DNA of 64,000 bases from Candidatus Eiseniibacteriota bacterium (GTDB lineage: Bacteria; Eisenbacteria; RBG-16-71-46), in contig OY970178.1 in the NCBI GenBank assembly GCA_963707915.1, forward strand, positions 480,001 to 544,000. Reading direction: 5' to 3'. Numbering within the stretch: position 1 is the first letter of the stretch; the number at the start of each line of letters is the position of its first letter. The notes below the pieces were generated by a model that saw only the letters and a list, made by a program, of their open reading frames with translations, made no database searches and was not told where the DNA came from. This document shows positions 1 through 10,301 of this stretch, in pieces. The position numbers and the translations under genes are program-made.

Positions 1-177
1 GTCTTCGATACCGCCGGCCACCAGGTGGCGTCGTTCTCGCGCCCGGGCTTGCAGGCCGAAAACCGCGAGTCCTGGGACCCGGGCACCCTGCCCGCGGGCC
101 TCTACCTGGCGCGGCTGCGCTTCCGCGGGGCGTCCAGCGAGCGGGTCGAGGTGCTCCAGGTGGGGGTGCTGCGATGA
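1..177 (+). CDS. 3' end of a secreted protein with a T9SS type-A/FlgD-Ig-like C-terminal sorting domain (partial)
   Basis: Not in the ORF track. Frame 1 reads VFDTAGHQVASF...ESWDPGTLPAGLYLARLRF...QVGVLR*, matching the (I/V)FD..G..V...WD...LP.G.Y..R pattern. The TGA at 175-177 overlaps the next ATG. Confidence 0.7.
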   Translation, partial: VFDTAGHQVASFSRPGLQAENRESWDPGTLPAGLYLARLRFRGASSERVEVLQVGVLR

Positions 178-983
178 AGCCGCGCCGCGCTGCGGGCCCG
201 TGTGCCCTCGGCCTGGCGCTGCTGCTGGCCGGTGGGGTTCTGGGCGCGGGCGCAGCGGGTGCCGTGATCCGCGGCTCCGTGCTGGCGATGCCGATGGTCA
301 CGGACCCGGGCCGGCCGCAGTTCCGCCTGGCCCAGCGCGCGATCGGGCGGTCCTGGGGACTCTCGGAGGACTCGTCCTACACCGAGGTGGACGTGCCCGA
401 GTGGCGCTCCGAGGGCCTGGCCGCCGGCTTGTCGGCCGTGGTCCCGGGAGCCGGGCAGATCTACGCGGGCGACGGCGGCGGCCTGTGGTTCGCGCTCGGG
501 GAGCTGGTGGGCTGGACGGCGAACCGCATCTTCCTGCACAAGGCGCGCGACGAGCGCGACCGGTCGGCCCGCTTCGCCGGCGACCCGCGGGACCCGGCGA
601 GCGCCTGGTCCTTCGAGCGCTTCCGGGCGGCCACCGGGCAGGACACCCTGGCCGCGGAACTCGAGGCGGTCTGGGCCCGCGACCCGCAGTCGTTCTACGA
701 CCGCATCGGCCGCGACCCCGCCTACCTCGCCGGCTGGAACGGGCAGGCCGCGGTCACGCGGGAGGAGTTCTTCGGGATGCGCGACGCCTCGCGGGGAAAC
801 TACGACCGGGCGTCCACCGCCGGCTACGCGCTGTGGATCAACCACGTGGTCGCGGCGGTCGACGCGCTGCGCGCGGCCCGGCTCCGCAACCTGGAGTTGC
901 AGCACAACCTGGAGCTCAAGCTCCGGAGCTCCTGGCGCGCCGGTCGCCCGACCGTCGTGGCCGCGCTCGTGAGGAGGTTCTGA
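174..983 (+). CDS. Exported/membrane protein, DUF5683-like
   Basis: Signal peptide, SAVVPGAGQIY motif, late helix NHVVAAVDA, C-terminal Phe (VRRF). Confidence 0.6.
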   Translation: MKPRRAAGPCALGLALLLAGGVLGAGAAGAVIRGSVLAMPMVTDPGRPQFRLAQRAIGRSWGLSEDSSYTEVDVPEWRSEGLAAGLSAVVPGAGQIYAGDGGGLWFALGELVGWTANRIFLHKARDERDRSARFAGDPRDPASAWSFERFRAATGQDTLAAELEAVWARDPQSFYDRIGRDPAYLAGWNGQAAVTREEFFGMRDASRGNYDRASTAGYALWINHVVAAVDALRAARLRNLELQHNLELKLRSSWRAGRPTVVAALVRRF

Positions 984-1945
984 TGCGACCCTGGCCGAGA
1001 CCGTGGCTGGCGACCGCAGTCCTGCTGGCCGCGCTGGGCGGAGGCGCCCTGCCGGCGGCCGGGTCGATGGCTCCGCCGGCGGGCGGCCCGGACACCGGGG
1101 CCGGGCAGGACGCCGCACTGGCGCCGGTGGCGGAGACTCGCAGGGCTTCCGGGGCGGGCCCGCTCGCGATGGCCCGCCGGGTGGACGGCCTCTTCTCCGA
1201 CCCGCAGCGCGACGGCGCGGCCGAACCGCTCGCGCTCTCCTTCGGCCGTCGCGGCGCACGTGCTCCACGCGCTCCACGCGAGGAGCGGCCGCCCGGGATG
1301 GTGGGAGGCGAACGGGCACGTGTCCTGTTGCGCTCGCTGACGCTGCCGGGCTGGGGGCAGGCGACCCTCGGCCGGCGCACGTCGGCGGTCTTCTTCGGGC
1401 TGACCGAGACGGCGATCTGGGGGACGTTCACCGCCTTCCGCATCCAGGTCGCGATGCGCGAGGACGCCTTCCTGCGCACGGCCGCACTCCAGGCCGGCAT
1501 CGACCTGAGGGGGCGTGACGAGGAGTGGCGCCGGATCGTCGGCGGCTTCTCGAGCAGCGACGAGTACAACCGGCTGGTGGTGGCGCGGGACGCGGCCAAT
1601 CTCTTCCTCTCCGACACGGTGGTCTACAACCGGCCCCCGGAGGAGACGGTCCCGTATTTCGACTACATCGAGCAGCACAAGCTCAAGGGTGCGGACACGT
1701 GGAGCTGGACGAGCCCCGAGGCGCAGCGCAGCTACCGCGACCTGCGCAAGACCGCGCAGCGTGCTGCCCAGCGCGCCAACACGATGCTGGCGGTGGCGGT
1801 GGTGAACCGGATCGCGAGCGCGCTGCACGCGGCCCGCGCCGCCGGGCACACGGCGCCGTCCGCGCACGCGTGGCGGTTCGAGGTCGTCCCGGTGGCGAGC
1901 CCGGACCCGACGGCCTTCCAGGTCCGGGTGCGCACGCGGTTCTGA
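983..1945 (+). CDS. Exported/membrane protein, DUF5683-like, paralog of 174..983
   Basis: ATG at 983 overlaps the upstream TGA. Signal peptide, SLTLPGWGQ motif, NRIASALHA, C-terminal RVRTRF. Confidence 0.6.
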   Translation: MRPWPRPWLATAVLLAALGGGALPAAGSMAPPAGGPDTGAGQDAALAPVAETRRASGAGPLAMARRVDGLFSDPQRDGAAEPLALSFGRRGARAPRAPREERPPGMVGGERARVLLRSLTLPGWGQATLGRRTSAVFFGLTETAIWGTFTAFRIQVAMREDAFLRTAALQAGIDLRGRDEEWRRIVGGFSSSDEYNRLVVARDAANLFLSDTVVYNRPPEETVPYFDYIEQHKLKGADTWSWTSPEAQRSYRDLRKTAQRAAQRANTMLAVAVVNRIASALHAARAAGHTAPSAHAWRFEVVPVASPDPTAFQVRVRTRF

Positions 1946-1968
1946 AGCCGGGCTCGAGCGGCCACCTC

Positions 1969-2976
1969 ATGCTGCGACGATCGCGTCTCCTTGGCCCCGT
2001 GGTGCTGCTGCTGGTCGTCGCCGCGGCGGCGCTCGCGGCCGCGGCGACGGAGCCCGGGGCCGGGCGGGACGCGAGCACTGGCTCCGCGGACTCCACCGGC
2101 GCGGACACGCTGCCGCTGCGGCTCGTGCCGGTGCAGGCACTGGGGACGGCGGGGGGCGGGCGGGCCGCGCTGGTCGAGCCCAACGGCGTCGCGGTCGACG
2201 CCTTCGGTCGCATCTACGTCACCGACGCCTCCCAGCACCGGCTCGTGCGCTTCGACGCGCGCGGGACCTGGTTGGGCGAGGCCGGTGCGCTGGGAAGCGC
2301 TCCGGGCGACCTGCGACGGCCGGGCGCGGCGACCGCCGTGGGCTCGCTCGGTGTCGCGGTGCTCGACCGCGAGAACCTGCGCGTCGTGCTCTACGACCTG
2401 TTCGGGCGGCTGGTGGGGGTGCTCGCGGACTTCACCGCGCTCGAGGACGACCTCGGCCGGGTGGACCCGGTGGCGCTCGCGGCCGACCGCGGCGGCGCGC
2501 TCTACGTGGCCGACGCGGACCGCGACCGCGTGCTGGCGCTGGACTTCTCCGGCCGCTTCGTGCGCTCGCTCGGGGGCTTCGGCGTGGGAGCCGGCTCGTT
2601 CCGCGGGCTGGCGGGCCTCGCCACCGGACCGGGCGGCGAGCTGGTGACCGCCGAGCGGACGGGCGCACGTGTGCAGCGGCTCGACGCGACCGGCAGCCCG
2701 GTGGCCGCCTGGCCGCTCCCGGTGCGCCCGGGGCGCGGCCGGCTGGCCGTCGCGGTGGACGACTCGATGCGGATCGCGGTGGCCGACGAGACCTCCGGTC
2801 GCCTGTGGGTGTTCGGCTTCGACGGCCGGCTGCTCGGCACGCGCGCGGACCTGGCCGGGCCGCGCGCGGTGGCCTTCGCCCCGGACGGGAGCCTGCTGGT
2901 GGCCGAGGGCGGGGCGGGGCGGGTGCGCCGCTTCGCGTTCGAGCCCCCGGGGACCGCCGCGCCGCCCGGGCGCTGA
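1969..2976 (+). CDS. Exported NHL-repeat beta-propeller protein
   Basis: Signal peptide from ATG 1969. Repeated P.GVAVD..G.IYV.D motifs (EPNGVAVDAFGRIYVTD, DPVALAADRGGALYVAD, GPRAVAFAPDGSLLVAE). Confidence 0.8.
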   Translation: MLRRSRLLGPVVLLLVVAAAALAAAATEPGAGRDASTGSADSTGADTLPLRLVPVQALGTAGGGRAALVEPNGVAVDAFGRIYVTDASQHRLVRFDARGTWLGEAGALGSAPGDLRRPGAATAVGSLGVAVLDRENLRVVLYDLFGRLVGVLADFTALEDDLGRVDPVALAADRGGALYVADADRDRVLALDFSGRFVRSLGGFGVGAGSFRGLAGLATGPGGELVTAERTGARVQRLDATGSPVAAWPLPVRPGRGRLAVAVDDSMRIAVADETSGRLWVFGFDGRLLGTRADLAGPRAVAFAPDGSLLVAEGGAGRVRRFAFEPPGTAAPPGR

Positions 2977-2979
2977 GTC

Positions 2980-5900
2980 ATGGCGCCCGTGGTGCTGGCC
3001 CTGGGCGCGGCGCTGCTGGCCGCGGCGGCCGCCGGCGTGCCCGCGGGCGCCCCGTCGAGCGCGCGCATCCAGCGCGATCCGGGCTGCGGCACGCTGGTGG
3101 TGGTGCAACGGGCCGACGCGCTGCTCTACCGGCTGCCGCGGACGTTCCTGCAGGCGGGCAGCGACTCGGCCTGGAGTCGCACGGGCCCGTGGCGGCGCGG
3201 CACGGACTACCTGATCGAGCCGCTGCGGGGCGAGTTGCGGCTGCTGCGCTCGCCGTTGCCGGGGGACACCCTGTGGGTCGCGGCCTGCTGGCTGCTGGCG
3301 CCGCCCGCGCTCGAGTGGGAGATGCAACGCTACCGTCCGGCGCGTCCGGCCGGCACGCCGGACAGCGCCGGCGGGCGCCTCCCCGGGAGCCCGGGCCCGG
3401 GCCTGCGCCCGGCCACCGCGCGCAGCCCGCTGGTCGCGCCCGCGGGGGCGAGCCTCGCCGTGAACGGGAACAAGACCATCGCGGTGGATTTCGGCTCGAG
3501 CCAGGACGCCTTCCTGCGCCAGTCGCTCGACCTCGCGGTGAGCGGGACGCTGGCGCCGGGCGTGCAGCTCACCGGCGTGCTCTCCGACCGCAACCTGCCG
3601 CTCACCTCGGCGGGCAGCACGCAGGACCTGCAGGCGCTCGACCGGGTCCTGATCGAGCTCACCGCGCCCCAGGGCTCGGCCGCGCTGGGCGACGTGGCGT
3701 TGAGCCTGCAGCAGGGCGAGTTCGGCCGGCTCGACCGCAGGGTGCAGGGCGTGCGCGGCGAGTGGGGCGTGGGAGGCTTCCGCGGACTGGTGGCGGCGGC
3801 CAGTTCGCAGGGCGAGTACCTGCGTGCGCAGTTCTACGGTTCCGAGGGCCTGCAGGGGCCCTACCCGCTCCACGACCGCGCCGGCAACACCGCCATCTCG
3901 GTGGTGGCGGGCAGCGAGGTGGTGACGGTGGACGGCGCGCGCATGACCCGCGGGGAGGGGGCGGACTACGCGATCGACTACGAGCGGGCGCGCATCACCT
4001 TCACGAACCGGCGGCCGATCTCGGCGACCTCGCGCATCACCGTGGACTACCAGTACACGCTCAATCGCTACCGCCGGAACCTGGTGAGCGCGGCCGGCCG
4101 CTGGGAGTCGGGCCGCTTCCAGCTCCACACCGAGGTGATCCGCGAGAGCGACGACCAGGGCCGGCCGCTCGACGCCACGCTGAGCGCGGAGGACCTGGCG
4201 GTGCTGGCCGCGGCCGGCGATTCCGCGGGGCTGGCCCTGGGGTCCGGCGTGGTCGCGGGCGGCGGGGACTACGACACCGTGCGGGTGGCGGGTGGCCGGC
4301 TCGTGTTCGCCTTCGCCGGGCCCGACTCGGGCGACTTCCGCGTGCAGTTCGCGCGCGTGGGCGCCGGGCAGGGGGACTACGCGGACTCGCTGCTGGCCTC
4401 GGGACGCACGGCCTACCGCTGGACGGGCGCGGGCGGCGGCGCCTTCCGCGTGGGGCGCGCGCTGCCGCTCGCCGAGTCGCACGAGCTCTGGTCGCTCGGG
4501 ACCGGCGTGAAGGCCGGGCCGCTGCGTCTCGAGCTGGAGGGCGCGGTGTCGAAGTTCGACCCGAACACGTTCTCGCCGCTGGACGACCCGTCCCACGGCG
4601 GCACCGCCGGCCGGCTCGCGGCGGGCCTCGACGGCCGCCTGCCCGGGGCGCTGGGCTCGGGCGGGCTGCAGCTGGCGTCGCGCGCGGTGGGGGAGCGCTT
4701 CGCGCCGTTCGCGCAGGTCGAGCGTCCCTTCGAGCAGGAGGACTGGGGCCTGCCGGTGGGCGAGGACCTCCAGCACGCGCGTCGCACGGAGCTGAACGGC
4801 TTCCTGCGGCCGCGGGCGGGCGGGGAGCTGCGCGGACGGGCGGGATGGCTGGCGCTGCCGGGCGGCTTCTCGTCCTGGCGGCGCGGGCTCGAGTGGCAGC
4901 GCGACGGGGTGGTGGGGACGCGCGCGCGCTGGGAGCGCGCGGACGCCGTCCGGCCCGGGCTGCGGTTCGCGGACGGCGGCCGCGAGCGGTGGTCCGGCGA
5001 GCTGCGGCTGCGGCTGCCGTGGCTCGAGCCCGCCCTGCGGGGCGAGACCGACGAGCGGCGCTTCGCCGGCGACACGACGCGCACCGGCGACCGCTACCGC
5101 GAGACCGGCGTGGAATTCGGCAGCCCGGCGCGGCTCGCGTGGCGCGCGTCGGCGGGCTGGAGCCTGCGCCGCGACGGCCGGCTGGTCGGCGGCGGGTTCG
5201 TCGACCAGTCGCTGGCGCGGACCGTGCGGTTCGGGCTCGAGACCCCGTCCGACGCGGCGCTCTCGGCGGTGCTGAACCTGCGGCGCCGCGTGATCGAGCC
5301 GCTGGCGGACCCGCGGCGCGGCCGCAGCGATCTGGCCAGCGTGCGGCTCAAGGGCGAACAGCGGCGCCACGGGCTGCGCGGGCACCTCGACCTGGAGATC
5401 ACCAGCGAGGGTGAGAACCAGCGCGTGCGGCGCGTCGTCTACGTGGGGCCGGGCCGGGGCGGCTACGACGCCCTCGGCAACCCAACCGGCACGGGCGAGT
5501 ACGACCTGGTGGTCGTGGTGGACCCGGCGTTCACCCCGGTGGCCCGCGCGGCCACCAGCGCCCGCGCCGAGTGGCAGCTCCCCACGCAGGGCGCGTGGCG
5601 GGGCACGCGGGCGGGGTTCGACTTCGAGACCGAGTCGCGCCGGCGCGGGGAGCTGCGCACGCTCGACCCGTTCCTGGCGCCGGGGGCGGCGCTCGGCGAC
5701 CGCCTGCTCTCGCGCGCCAGCGTGCTGCAGCGGCTCGAGGCCGACGTCGCGCCCGAGTCGCACGGCGCGGCGCTGCTGGTGCGGGCGGAGCGCCGCGTGA
5801 CCGGCGACCGCGCGTACGAGAACTTCGCGCAGACGCTCGATGACCGCACCGTGAGCGCGCGCTGGCGCACGCGGATCGCGGCGGTGCTCGGCACCGAGCT

Positions 5901-6354
5901 CGAAGCACGGGTGCGGCGCCGCGTGGCGGTGCAGGCGCTGGCCGGCGGCGCGGGCTACGCGCGGACGCTGGTCGAGCAGACCGGCACCGGGCAGGCGGTC
6001 TACACGCCGGACGCGAAGCTGCGCGTGGTGGGAACGCTCGAGTTCACGCGCGCGCGGCCCGACGGCGCGACCGACTACACCCGGACCGTGCGCTTCGGGC
6101 CCGACCTGGGCTATGCCTTCAGCAAGCGCGGGCGCGCGGAGCTCAAGCTCAGGCGCGCGTTGGTCGCGGGCCCGCCGGCCGTGAATCTGCTCCCGAGCGC
6201 CGACCCGGCGGGCGTGCCGCGCTGGGAGGTCGGCGCCCGGGCCGACTACCGGGTCCAGGAGAACACCACCGCCAGCCTGTCGGTGGACGCGCGCGAGCGC
6301 GAAGGGCGCGCGCCGCTCACGACCGGTCGCGCCGAGTTGAGGGCCTTCTTCTGA
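2980..6354 (+). CDS. Large (1124 aa) putative outer-membrane beta-barrel protein
   Basis: Signal peptide, GSEVVTVDG...DYAIDYERARITF segment, many amphipathic strands, C-terminal beta-signal ELRAFF. Confidence 0.65.
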   Translation: MAPVVLALGAALLAAAAAGVPAGAPSSARIQRDPGCGTLVVVQRADALLYRLPRTFLQAGSDSAWSRTGPWRRGTDYLIEPLRGELRLLRSPLPGDTLWVAACWLLAPPALEWEMQRYRPARPAGTPDSAGGRLPGSPGPGLRPATARSPLVAPAGASLAVNGNKTIAVDFGSSQDAFLRQSLDLAVSGTLAPGVQLTGVLSDRNLPLTSAGSTQDLQALDRVLIELTAPQGSAALGDVALSLQQGEFGRLDRRVQGVRGEWGVGGFRGLVAAASSQGEYLRAQFYGSEGLQGPYPLHDRAGNTAISVVAGSEVVTVDGARMTRGEGADYAIDYERARITFTNRRPISATSRITVDYQYTLNRYRRNLVSAAGRWESGRFQLHTEVIRESDDQGRPLDATLSAEDLAVLAAAGDSAGLALGSGVVAGGGDYDTVRVAGGRLVFAFAGPDSGDFRVQFARVGAGQGDYADSLLASGRTAYRWTGAGGGAFRVGRALPLAESHELWSLGTGVKAGPLRLELEGAVSKFDPNTFSPLDDPSHGGTAGRLAAGLDGRLPGALGSGGLQLASRAVGERFAPFAQVERPFEQEDWGLPVGEDLQHARRTELNGFLRPRAGGELRGRAGWLALPGGFSSWRRGLEWQRDGVVGTRARWERADAVRPGLRFADGGRERWSGELRLRLPWLEPALRGETDERRFAGDTTRTGDRYRETGVEFGSPARLAWRASAGWSLRRDGRLVGGGFVDQSLARTVRFGLETPSDAALSAVLNLRRRVIEPLADPRRGRSDLASVRLKGEQRRHGLRGHLDLEITSEGENQRVRRVVYVGPGRGGYDALGNPTGTGEYDLVVVVDPAFTPVARAATSARAEWQLPTQGAWRGTRAGFDFETESRRRGELRTLDPFLAPGAALGDRLLSRASVLQRLEADVAPESHGAALLVRAERRVTGDRAYENFAQTLDDRTVSARWRTRIAAVLGTELEARVRRRVAVQALAGGAGYARTLVEQTGTGQAVYTPDAKLRVVGTLEFTRARPDGATDYTRTVRFGPDLGYAFSKRGRAELKLRRALVAGPPAVNLLPSADPAGVPRWEVGARADYRVQENTTASLSVDAREREGRAPLTTGRAELRAFF

Positions 6355-8081
6355 TGAAGCGTGGGGGCGGAGTCCTGGCGGCCCTGGCGACGCTCGGGGC
6401 CCTGGTGGTCGGGGACGGCGCGCGCGCGGCCGCCCGGCTCGACTACCGGGGCACCGCGCTGCCGCGGCGCGAGGTCGAAGCGCTCGCGGTCCCCGCGTTG
6501 CGCTCGCCGGGCGACTCGACGGCGGTGGCGGCGCTGCTCGGCGCGGTGGTCGCGCGCCTGCAGGAGACCGGGCGCCTCGAGGCCCGGGCCGAGGCCGCGT
6601 GGGACAGCGCCCGCGCCACGCTGCGGCTGGAGACGCGCGAAGGCCCGCTCTTCCGCCTGCGCGCGGTCACGGTCGAGACGCCGGACCTCCCGGACTCGCT
6701 CGCGTTCGCCGCGGCGCTCGGGCTCGAGGTCGGCGACCCGGCGTCCGCCGGCGCGGCCGGCGCGGCGGGGGAGCGGGCGCTGCGGGCGGTCGCGGACGCC
6801 GGGTACCCGTACGCCCGCCTGGGCCTGGACCGGTTCGACGCGGACACCGCCCGGGGCGCGCCGGGAGCGGCGCGCGGCGTGGCGCTGGTCTACACCGGCG
6901 CGCGCGGGCCGCGGGTGCTGATCGTGGGGGCCCGCGTGGAGGGGCTGAAGGTCACGCGGCCGGAGGTCGCGGCGCGCCCGCTGCGGCGCATGACCGGGCG
7001 GCCCTGGGACCGGGCCGAGGCGCTGGCGGGGCGGGAACGGCTCGCGCAGCTCGGCCTCTTCCGCAACGTCTCCTTCGAGGGGCTCGAAGGAGAGGCCGAC
7101 TGGGGCCGGGCGCGGGTCGTGTACCACGTCGAGGAGCCGCGCTACAACCGCTTCGAGGCGGTGGCGGGGTTCCAGGGCGACGCCGGCGCCGCCGGGCTGG
7201 CGCGGCTCGAGCTGGGGAACGTGCTGGGCACCGGGCGTGCGGCGGCACTGCGCTGGGAGTCGCGCGGCCGCGGACGGTCGGACTTCGAGGCGCGTTACGC
7301 CGAGCCGCTCCTGCTCGGTGCGCCCCTGCGGCTCGAGGGCGTGATGCAGCAGCAGATCCAGGACTCGCTCTACGCGCGAACGCGCTGGGGGGCGCGGGGA
7401 CGCTTCACGGTCGCCGCCCAGGAGCGGATCGAGGTGGGCTGGGAGCAGGAGCGGGTGGTGCAGGAGCGCGGCGAGCTGGAGCGCGCGGAGATCCAGAGCA
7501 CGCTATTCGCGCTCGAGCGCAGCACGCTGGACGAGCCGCTCGCCCCGCGCCGCGGCACGCGGACGCGGGTCGACGCCCGGCAGTCCTTCAAGCGCGAGGT
7601 GCTGCGGCCCTCCGGGGAGCGGGGCTCGCGGGCCTCGGCCGCGGAGTTCCACGGCGAGTGGCACCGGCCCTTCGGCCGCGCGGCCGGGCTGAGCGTGGAG
7701 CTGACCGGCGCGGGCCGGCTCAGCTCGCAGCGCGTGCTGCCGCTCTTCGAGCGCTACCCGGTGGGCGGGGCGGCCAGCCTGCGGGGCCACGACGAGGAGG
7801 CCTTCCGTGTCGACCGCTACGCGCTCTCGCGCCTGGAGTGGCGCTGGTTCCTCGGCCCCGGCGGGCAGCGCGCCTTCGTGTTCTGGGACCACGCCGAGAT
7901 GGGCACGCGCCTCGCGTTGCCGCAGGGCGGCGACCGGCTCGTCCTGGAGCGGGGCGACGGCGTGGGCTTCGGCCTGCGGCTCGAGACCGCGGGCGGACTG
8001 GTCGGCGTGGACTACGGGCTCGAGCCGGGCCGGCCGCCGCTGGAAGGCAAGATCCACCTGCAACTGGTCTCGACCTTCTGA
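6354..8081 (+). CDS. Omp85/BamA-TamA family outer-membrane protein with POTRA domain
   Basis: GYPYA, RLAQLGLFRNV and VEE POTRA motifs; N.LGTGR; GGAASLRGHDE (VRGY-like loop 6); terminal Phe. Confidence 0.85.
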   Translation: MKRGGGVLAALATLGALVVGDGARAAARLDYRGTALPRREVEALAVPALRSPGDSTAVAALLGAVVARLQETGRLEARAEAAWDSARATLRLETREGPLFRLRAVTVETPDLPDSLAFAAALGLEVGDPASAGAAGAAGERALRAVADAGYPYARLGLDRFDADTARGAPGAARGVALVYTGARGPRVLIVGARVEGLKVTRPEVAARPLRRMTGRPWDRAEALAGRERLAQLGLFRNVSFEGLEGEADWGRARVVYHVEEPRYNRFEAVAGFQGDAGAAGLARLELGNVLGTGRAAALRWESRGRGRSDFEARYAEPLLLGAPLRLEGVMQQQIQDSLYARTRWGARGRFTVAAQERIEVGWEQERVVQERGELERAEIQSTLFALERSTLDEPLAPRRGTRTRVDARQSFKREVLRPSGERGSRASAAEFHGEWHRPFGRAAGLSVELTGAGRLSSQRVLPLFERYPVGGAASLRGHDEEAFRVDRYALSRLEWRWFLGPGGQRAFVFWDHAEMGTRLALPQGGDRLVLERGDGVGFGLRLETAGGLVGVDYGLEPGRPPLEGKIHLQLVSTF

Positions 8082-8168
8082 CGGACCCGCCCCGCCGGGG
8101 CGTTCGCGCGCGTGCGCGCTCTTCGGGCATGATGCGCGCCACGGCTCGTCCAGGCCGGGAGGGGGTGC

Positions 8169-10301
8169 ATGTCGCTGGTCCGCGAGGTCGAGAGGTTGCT
8201 GGCGCCGGGGGGGCGACTCTCGCAGCGCTGGCCGCGCTACGAGGAACGGGCGGCCCAGGGGCGGCTGGCCGCCGACATCGCGCGGGTCGTCGAGCAGGGC
8301 GGCGTGCTGCTGGCGGAGGCGCCGACCGGCGTGGGCAAGTCGCTGTCCTACCTGCTGCCCGCGGTGCTCCACGCGCAGGCCGGCGAACGCCGCGTGGTGG
8401 TGGCGACGTGCACGCGCTCGCTCCAGGACCAACTCTTCGAGCGGGACCTGCCGGCGCTGCTGGAGGCGCTGGACCTGAGGCTGTCGTGCGCCCGGCTCAA
8501 GGGCAAGCAGAACTACCTCTGTCCGCGCGCCCTCCAGCAGGCCGGCGGCCGCGGTCTCGAGGAGGACGAGACGCTCGACGAGCTGCGCCGCTGGGCGGCC
8601 GCCGACGAGGAGGGCGACCTGGACCGCTTCCCGGCCTCGGACCCGGAAGCGATGCGGCGCCTGCGCGGGCGCCTGGGCGCGGACCCGCACGCCTGCACCA
8701 TGCTCACCTGCCGGAAGGGGCGCGAGTGCTACTGGGTGCGGGCGCGGCGCGCGGCCGCGCAGGCGCGCGTGGTGGTGGTGAACCACGCGCTGCTGGCGAT
8801 CTCCGGCGAGGTGGAGGGCCTGCTGCCCGACTTCGACGTGCTGGTGGTGGACGAGGCCCACCGGCTCGAGAGCGTACTGCTGGGGCAGCTCGAGGTCGGG
8901 GTGTCGCGCAACCGCATCGAGGAGGTGCTGAGGCTGGTGGGCACGGGCCGCCGGCGGGGGGGCGTCGCGGCGGCCTCCGCGGGCAGCCCCGCGGGGCTCA
9001 TCGCGCGGGTGCGCGGCTTCGCCCTGCCGCTGTTCGGCGCGGAGAAGGGCGGCTCGGGGGCCGAGCGCGAGGAGTTGGACGCCCTGGGGAAGCGGGTCAC
9101 GCAGGCCCGCGAGGATGCCGACCGCTTCTTCGCGGCGATCGAGCCCAGGGGTGAGCGCCACGAGGTCTACGGCGCCCGCGAACGCTACCGCTCGGCCCTC
9201 GAGCTGCTCGGGCGCGATCTCGAGCCGCTCGAGTCCATCCTCTCCCATTGCAACCGGTTCGCTCGCTCGCTTCACCTTCTGGCGGAGGACCTGGACGCGC
9301 TGCACGCGGGCGAGACGGCCGACGATTTGGTGGGTGAGCTCGAGCAGGCCGGCGGCCGGTTCGCCCAGCTCGGCGTGGACGTGGGGCACCTCTCCGAGGC
9401 GACCCACCGGGACTGGGTCTACTGGCGGAGCTCAGGCGGGCGCGGGGTCGAACTGCACGGCGCCCCGGTGAGCGTGGGGGACCACGCCCGGCGGCTGGTG
9501 ATCGGGAGGGCCCGCGCGGCGTTCCTCACCTCGGCGACCATCTCCACCGGCGGGGACTTCGGCTTCCTCGCCGAGCGGCTGGGCCTGGGCGAGTCGCGCG
9601 GGTTGCCCTACGAGACGGCCTCGTACCCGTCGCCGTTCCCGCTCGCCACCCAGATGCGGGTGTTCGTCTACGAGGGGACCGGGGGCGAGGCGGAGGTGGT
9701 GAGCGAGGTGGTGGCCGAGCTGGCGCGGGCGACCGGGCGCAACCAGCTCGTGCTGTTCACGGCGCACGAGCGCCTGCGACGGGCCCGCGAGCGGCTGTTG
9801 TCGAGCCTCGGAGCCGGCGGGACGCTGCTGGCCCAGGAATGGGACGGGCCCGCCAGCCTGTTGGCCGAACGCTTCCGCCTCGAGCGTGGCGCCGTCTTGC
9901 TCGGAGTCCAGAGCCTGTGGGAAGGTGTCGACTTCCCGGGTGAGGCACTCGAGATCCTCGTGGTCGCGAAGCTCCCCTTCTCCGTGCCGGACGAGCCGCT
10001 GGTCGAGGCGCGGGGGGAGCGGCTGCGCGAGCAGGGGCTCGATCCGTTCCAACACGACGCGGTGCCCGAGGCGGTGCTGCGTTTCCGACAGGGGGTGGGG
10101 CGCCTGATCCGCCGTTCCGACGATCGCGGGGTCCTGGTGGTCTGCGACCCGCGCCTGGTCACGGCCTCGTACCGCAGGCCGTTCCTCGATTCGCTGCCGG
10201 TCGCGCCCGAGCGGACCCGGGACGTGCGGGCCCTGGCCGCCGGTGCGGCGCGCTTCCTCGGCGTCCCGGAGCCCCCGGCGGAGAAGGAGCAGAGCGAATG
10301 A
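8169..10301 (+). CDS. dinG: ATP-dependent DNA helicase, DinG/YoaA family
   Basis: [17 protein letters not shown] plus three further Fe-S Cys, [31 protein letters not shown]. Confidence 0.92.
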   Translation: MSLVREVERLLAPGGRLSQRWPRYEERAAQGRLAADIARVVEQGGVLLAEAPTGVGKSLSYLLPAVLHAQAGERRVVVATCTRSLQDQLFERDLPALLEALDLRLSCARLKGKQNYLCPRALQQAGGRGLEEDETLDELRRWAAADEEGDLDRFPASDPEAMRRLRGRLGADPHACTMLTCRKGRECYWVRARRAAAQARVVVVNHALLAISGEVEGLLPDFDVLVVDEAHRLESVLLGQLEVGVSRNRIEEVLRLVGTGRRRGGVAAASAGSPAGLIARVRGFALPLFGAEKGGSGAEREELDALGKRVTQAREDADRFFAAIEPRGERHEVYGARERYRSALELLGRDLEPLESILSHCNRFARSLHLLAEDLDALHAGETADDLVGELEQAGGRFAQLGVDVGHLSEATHRDWVYWRSSGGRGVELHGAPVSVGDHARRLVIGRARAAFLTSATISTGGDFGFLAERLGLGESRGLPYETASYPSPFPLATQMRVFVYEGTGGEAEVVSEVVAELARATGRNQLVLFTAHERLRRARERLLSSLGAGGTLLAQEWDGPASLLAERFRLERGAVLLGVQSLWEGVDFPGEALEILVVAKLPFSVPDEPLVEARGERLREQGLDPFQHDAVPEAVLRFRQGVGRLIRRSDDRGVLVVCDPRLVTASYRRPFLDSLPVAPERTRDVRALAAGAARFLGVPEPPAEKEQSE

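Noticed and set aside
1732..5763. Very long minus-strand and alternate-frame ORFs (also 40442..44068, 60336..63050 and others)
   Set aside because: Arg/Pro/Ala-rich shadow ORFs of GC-rich genes. They have no recognisable motifs and fully overlap well-supported + strand genes.
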